From Ramazzottius varieornatus (lineage: Eukaryota > Animalia > Tardigrada), in contig BDGG01000002.1 of NCBI GenBank assembly GCA_001949185.1, positions 2,167,826 to 2,231,825 of the forward strand: a stretch of DNA of 64,000 nucleotides, given 5' to 3'. The notes below the pieces were generated by a model that was not told where the DNA came from, did no database searches, and was given only the letters and a program-made list of their open reading frames with translations. This document shows, in pieces, positions 59,190-64,000 of the stretch (positions within the stretch are counted from its first letter, which is position 1; each line of letters begins with the position of its first letter). Made by a program: the position numbers and the translations under genes.

Positions 59190-60590
59190 CGATGAAATGC
59201 TACTGAAACCTCCACAGGCTGGATATTCTCCGGAGAGCTTGAAATACAACGATATGAATATCGAGAAAGCTTCGCGGAGTGTCAGTGGTGTCTTGTTCAA
59301 TTCTTTCGAAGCTTTTGAGCCGACACTGCGAAAGTAGGTTCTTCCGTACGCATTGGAGGTCGCCTCTGTGCCGTTCCACTTCGTTGGACCACTGCTGCCT
59401 GCTGAAACAGACAAGTTTGCGGACCAGGAAGTTTGTGGATGCTGTCCGATTACGACTCGGCTCAACCGACAGGAAGACCGCTCGGTAATCTACATGTCCT
59501 TCGGGACGATAGCCAAGTTAAACAGCGAACAAGTACGGGATATCGCGGGATGTCTGCTGTCATTGAAACGGCCCTTTACCTGGTCCATAATGGCCCTGCA
59601 TGATTGCCATATGTTGGGCGCTCTGCAACAGGCCGTGGAAGAACTGTCGTCAACCTTGCCGTACTTGAATGTCTCTTGGGCTCCACAGAAGACAATCCTA
59701 GCACATGAAGCCACTAGGTTGTTCGTTAGTGATGCCGATTGGAACGTTGGAGGGCGTGGCGTATGGATGCCCTTTGTGGCGTGGCCGTTCTTTAGTGCCA
59801 ACATGCAAATGCCCAGCTGATCGTAAGGTCGAAATGTGGGTTGATGGTAGACCTGGCAATAGTGTGGTTTCACCACAACACACCGAAAAAAAACCACAGT
59901 TTTCGGTTCTGGTGTGCGCAAAACACCAAACCGAAAAAAGTGCTGTCCGTTTCACACTGAACTTTTGGTTTCGGTGTTCAATGACGCTACGTCACACTAA
60001 ACCGAAAAAGTTTCGGGGCACATTTCATAGGAAAGCATGCCTTCATCACTAAATAAATTGAAGTCTGGCACGCTTTACTGCCGGAAAACCCAGGAAAAAT
60101 CGAATTGACCAGCAGAAACGAGCACTATGACGTCAGGTTCCGCATACTGTAGGAGTGTACACCGGAAGCACTTGGTTTCTGTTCATTCATCGTCTGTACG
60201 CCAGATTTCGCTACATAGCGGCCACCAAACACTCGTTTTGCTTTTCCGATTTTTCGGTTTGGTGTGGTATGTGTGGTGCACCGAAAAAGTAGTGTTCGAC
60301 CCCCACCACACTGAAAAAAGGGGTGTGGCTTTCGCACCGAAAAAGTAATTTCGGTGTGATAAAACACCACATCACACACAATCACACTCTTACCAGGTCT
60401 AGTTGATGGTACCGGCGATGGACATGACAGCACTGAGACTGGTGTTACAGGACGAATTGGCTTCGTTGATCAAACGTGTCGCAAAGTAGGATCGACCCTT
60501 GTCGCAGAACGTCTACTTCGTGGCGGCGCAGAGGTTCCGCCAGGAGGTGCGAAAAGCTATATCGCTACAGGATGGTACTTTCCACGCATT
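59190..60590 (+). pseudogene. Plant-type family-1 UDP-glycosyltransferase remnant, interrupted by a MITE
   Basis: GVLFNSFEAFE, VGPLLP, LNRQEDRSVIYMSFGT, and PSPG-like WAPQKTILAHEATRLFVSDADWN/TLEGVAYG/PFVAWPFF; contains stops and frameshifts. Confidence 0.8.
59848..60401. mobile_element. hAT-type MITE inserted in the UGT coding sequence
   Basis: TIRs TAGACCTGGCAATAGTGTG / CACACTCTTACCAGGTCTA; perfect 8-bp TSD GTTGATGG (59840-59847, 60402-60409); CACCGAAAA subterminal repeats. Confidence 0.88.
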
Positions 60591-62397
60591 ATCCCGTTTA
60601 TCGACCGGCTTCTTCTGAACTCCCTGACGTTATATGCTGTATGCTAACACACTGCGTAACCCTCGTTCGCAACTTTAGATTGCACGTAGCTTGACTATAC
60701 TATAGCAATCGAAGCAACTACCCAAACAATACTCTCATTGGCCGCCCAGTCGTACAAATATGGCCAAACTTTCATCTCAATACCTCAAACGAGAAACTTA
60801 TCAATGGGTTTTGCACTTTATCCGCTCGAATACCCTTTACCGCCTTCGTGATCAGCTGTTGCTTTGTGTACTTTACAAGGGGATTTCGCCAACCATTAAA
60901 TCCTGATGGTCAAATCGACTTCACAGGGAGATAGAGGAGAGTCTGGCGCACAGTTTAGCCTATATAGTTAGGGCGCATAAAAATCCAGGGAGATAGTGCG
61001 GGATCCGGAAGTAACGGGTCGAAGTCGCTGCAGTGACGTGAAGCTCTTTGATTGAGTATTCTGATTTGTCAGAAGTTGCTCAGCCGAGCTGCTTTGACAT
61101 TCGGGTACAGAACGGCGAAGCATAACACGTTGGCAGTACGTGATGGCGCGCTATCAAGTTTCCACGTGCTAAACAGTTGATCGGCTGAACAANNNNNNNN
61201 NNNNNNNNNNNNNNNNNNNNNNNNNNNNNNNNNNNNNNNNNNAGCGACTTTGACCCGTTACTTATCCATGTCGAAATGCCAGTTGGTAGCAAGTTGGCTT
61301 GGGCGGGGTGTAACCGAGCGCCATCGTTAACAATAGGGAGCGCCAACCCTGATTTGCCAGCAATAAAAGATGTTCCTGTGGTTCGGCCCGTAAATCTGAG
61401 AAACTTGGGACGTGTAAGGAAGAGAGCGTTCTGTCAACTTTTGTGCATTCACGTTAACGTTGCCAATGCTGAATACCTGCGCGACGTTGGTACCAGGGCA
61501 GAATTATGCTATTGCATGATTTTGCAGATTTTCGCAACCTAGTCTTACCAGAGCCTGGATCCTAAGCTCTTTGAGTGCTGTTTTCAACTCTGTGCTCTTC
61601 CTGGCACCTGTGAAACATTTGATAAAATTTTTCTGGACCAACAGACCATGTTAATTCTACTCGATGAATTGTCTCGAGTCATTCCTTCCGATGAAGCCAG
61701 ATTGAATCTAAAGCATCTGAGAACTAATTAGTCTCTTTGAGCGCTTAGCTCGATTAGAAAACATCCCCTCAAACAGCTTTCTCGTGCATATACCGCTTTG
61801 ACCAAGTAAAAGTCCATGCACGTCAGCAGCTATTGGTCTGCTGCACTATAGGCCAAGCTGTCACGAAGTTCCGGCTGCAGGTGATACTTTATGGATTATG
61901 CAGGAAAGCTTCAGATATCTGCGGATGTCCAGGAAGCTCCATATTTCGTGCCAGGAACCATGCGTCAGCCGCCATCGAGTTTCTTTGCCGAAAGCTGAAT
62001 CGGGCTAATGTGGGCCGACGACCCTTTCGTAATAGGAAACCCTTTGTGAATAAGCAGGAACTGAATTTTGGATCTCTGATTTCAGCCATACTGCTACAAG
62101 GTCGACAGTGAGTAGAAGGTTGAAAAATGAGCCTCGAAAAGGTTTACGGAAAAAACCGTGTCTATACACGCTGTGTCAAATAACAGGAAATCCTACTGTA
62201 TATTTGAACATCCGTTGACGTCGAATTACAGTGAAACATGCTTGTTCTCGCCGTATGAACACTGTCGTCCAGGTTTCACCCCTAATTAATTCCGCTGCTC
62301 GCTGAAGCCCACATCGGATATAAAAAGCACGGAAGCCAATCCGACGAATTTCCCATCTGTATTGCTTTCCTGCGAGGTCTTTCATTCTTGACCAACG

Positions 62398-63522
62398 ATG
62401 TTTCAAAACGGTACATTTAACATGACAACAAACAATTCCTCCGTCTCTAGCTACCCAGTCTGCGACCAATGGAGCGGTTCGCCAGTCGAATGGGGCTTGG
62501 TCGTTTGGGGCAGCTTGACCATTTCTGTCCTGTCCATCTTCTCCAATGGGCTGAACATTATCGTTTTCCACAACTGGAAGCAGAAAGAACCCTTCCTCAC
62601 TTACCACATATCCCTCTCCATCGGCGAACTGCTTTTAGGCGTGTTCGGCCTGTTTGTTCCCGTTCAGTACCTTACCGTGACAACAATCAACATGCAAGCT
62701 TTCGAGACCGCCAACGGTGCCATTATGATTCTGTCCGCCATTACCAACTTCCACTTCTGTCTGGTTAGTATTGATCGTTGGTTGTCCGTCGAGTATCCCA
62801 TCTGGTACCGCAACCGCGTTACCCCACCGGTGGTCGTGGCTGCCTGCTTGGTTGTCTGGTTGAACTTTGTGGTACCGTTCAGTGTCGTGTTCGCAGTTTA
62901 CCGCCATAGTTTCTACTTCCTCTGTAACTTCGGGACGCTGTTTACGCTACAAGAGACTTGGTGGGTGGTTTACCTCGGTATGTGGAACCCGACAGCCATT
63001 CTGCTCTTGGCTGCTGCTCAGTTAAGATTATGTTATATCGCCATCAAGGCCAGGCTACGCATATCTCTGCGGAGACAACAGTGCCAGGTATATGCTGATG
63101 AAACTAACCGTAATCTAACATTCGTTGCGGATCTTAGTTCTGAATTCCAGGTCGAGTCCAGTTTTCCGCAGTCAGGGAAGGCAGTTTCGGTTCAAGAAGA
63201 CGCTACAGTATCCGGGTTGAGAAATCGAGGCGGCAAAGCGCCGGAAAAGAGTCCAGTGCGGCGAGGACCGCGAACTTTGCTGAACTTAATGGTGAAAACA
63301 GTGTGGGCTGGCCTGCTGGTGGCCATAGTGGGCATAATCTGCATTGTTCCATCAACGGTTGCTTACATTACCGATCCTCTTAATGTGGTCCTTCAGGCCA
63401 GTTGTTTCCTGGTCTTTAGTGCTCGCAATATAACACCTTTCTTTATCTATTTGGCATTCTACCGCGAATATCGCATTAGTCTTCGCTCTCTGTGGAATTC
63501 GATATCTAGATGGGTTTTATAA
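62398..63522 (+). CDS. Class A (rhodopsin-like) GPCR, orphan
   Basis: Seven hydrophobic segments, N-terminal NxS/T sites, TM1 NGLN, SIDRWLSVEYP (DRY-like), TM7 TPFFIY. Confidence 0.82.
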   Translation: MFQNGTFNMTTNNSSVSSYPVCDQWSGSPVEWGLVVWGSLTISVLSIFSNGLNIIVFHNWKQKEPFLTYHISLSIGELLLGVFGLFVPVQYLTVTTINMQAFETANGAIMILSAITNFHFCLVSIDRWLSVEYPIWYRNRVTPPVVVAACLVVWLNFVVPFSVVFAVYRHSFYFLCNFGTLFTLQETWWVVYLGMWNPTAILLLAAAQLRLCYIAIKARLRISLRRQQCQVYADETNRNLTFVADLSSEFQVESSFPQSGKAVSVQEDATVSGLRNRGGKAPEKSPVRRGPRTLLNLMVKTVWAGLLVAIVGIICIVPSTVAYITDPLNVVLQASCFLVFSARNITPFFIYLAFYREYRISLRSLWNSISRWVL

Positions 63523-64000
63523 TTTCTGCTGCTTCCGTAACCGTCTTAGTCGACGGTAGAAGAAGAATAGAAAGACCTATTGAACTAAGGCAAAGGATGG
63601 GTACACTGCACTAGATGCTTTTCGTTTTCCTGTATATCTACAGTACATATTATATTAATCTATTAATATGAGCTTTACTAGGTGAAATCGAAGCAATCCG
63701 TTTCGGAGTGGGCGCTAAAAACGGCGTACTGATGTCCGTGCCAATATTCAGAGCAGACGCCAGTATCGTCAACGACAGATGAGCTCGTGCACTCTGTGGT
63801 GCTACCGCAATGAAAAACGCTGCAACTTTAACAAATGATATACAGTACCATACATCCCACAAGTGGTAAACATGAACAGTTTAGACATGACCAGCTAACA
63901 GTAAACCGAGTACGTGACGTACTGAAGGGATCCACTATCGTTTGTCTAAGCAGTCAAAGATTGCTTTCATACTCGCTAGCTGTGATATGGATGGAGGTGA

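Noticed and set aside
61243-62111. Short ORFs after the second gap
   Set aside because: No recognisable motifs or consistent exon structure.

Overview
Gene-dense, intron-rich invertebrate DNA with short GT-AG introns, one GC-AG intron and two 50-N gaps. The compact layout and gene content suggest a small ecdysozoan, possibly a tardigrade; this is inference only. Positions ~3-45 kb hold spliced genes: a Stubble-like clip serine protease, a disrupted carboxylesterase, SLK/LOK kinase, shep/RBMS, Fcf2/DNTTIP2, a 66-aa N/Q/G microprotein, a GLYAT-like GNAT, EEF1AKMT4, a secreted 6-Cys peptide, myosin regulatory light chain, a masquerade-like protease homologue, SEC11, TK1 and OAT. Positions ~45-64 kb are accessory. 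They carry two intact tandem genes and one decayed copy resembling the isolated C-terminal (AANAT-fold) amine-selecting domain of the NRPS Ebony, with no adenylation or thiolation domains; this is the most striking feature. The same region has a pile-up of DNA transposons, a decayed plant-type UDP-glycosyltransferase split by a MITE, and a class A GPCR. All family calls come from motif recognition by eye; no searches were run.
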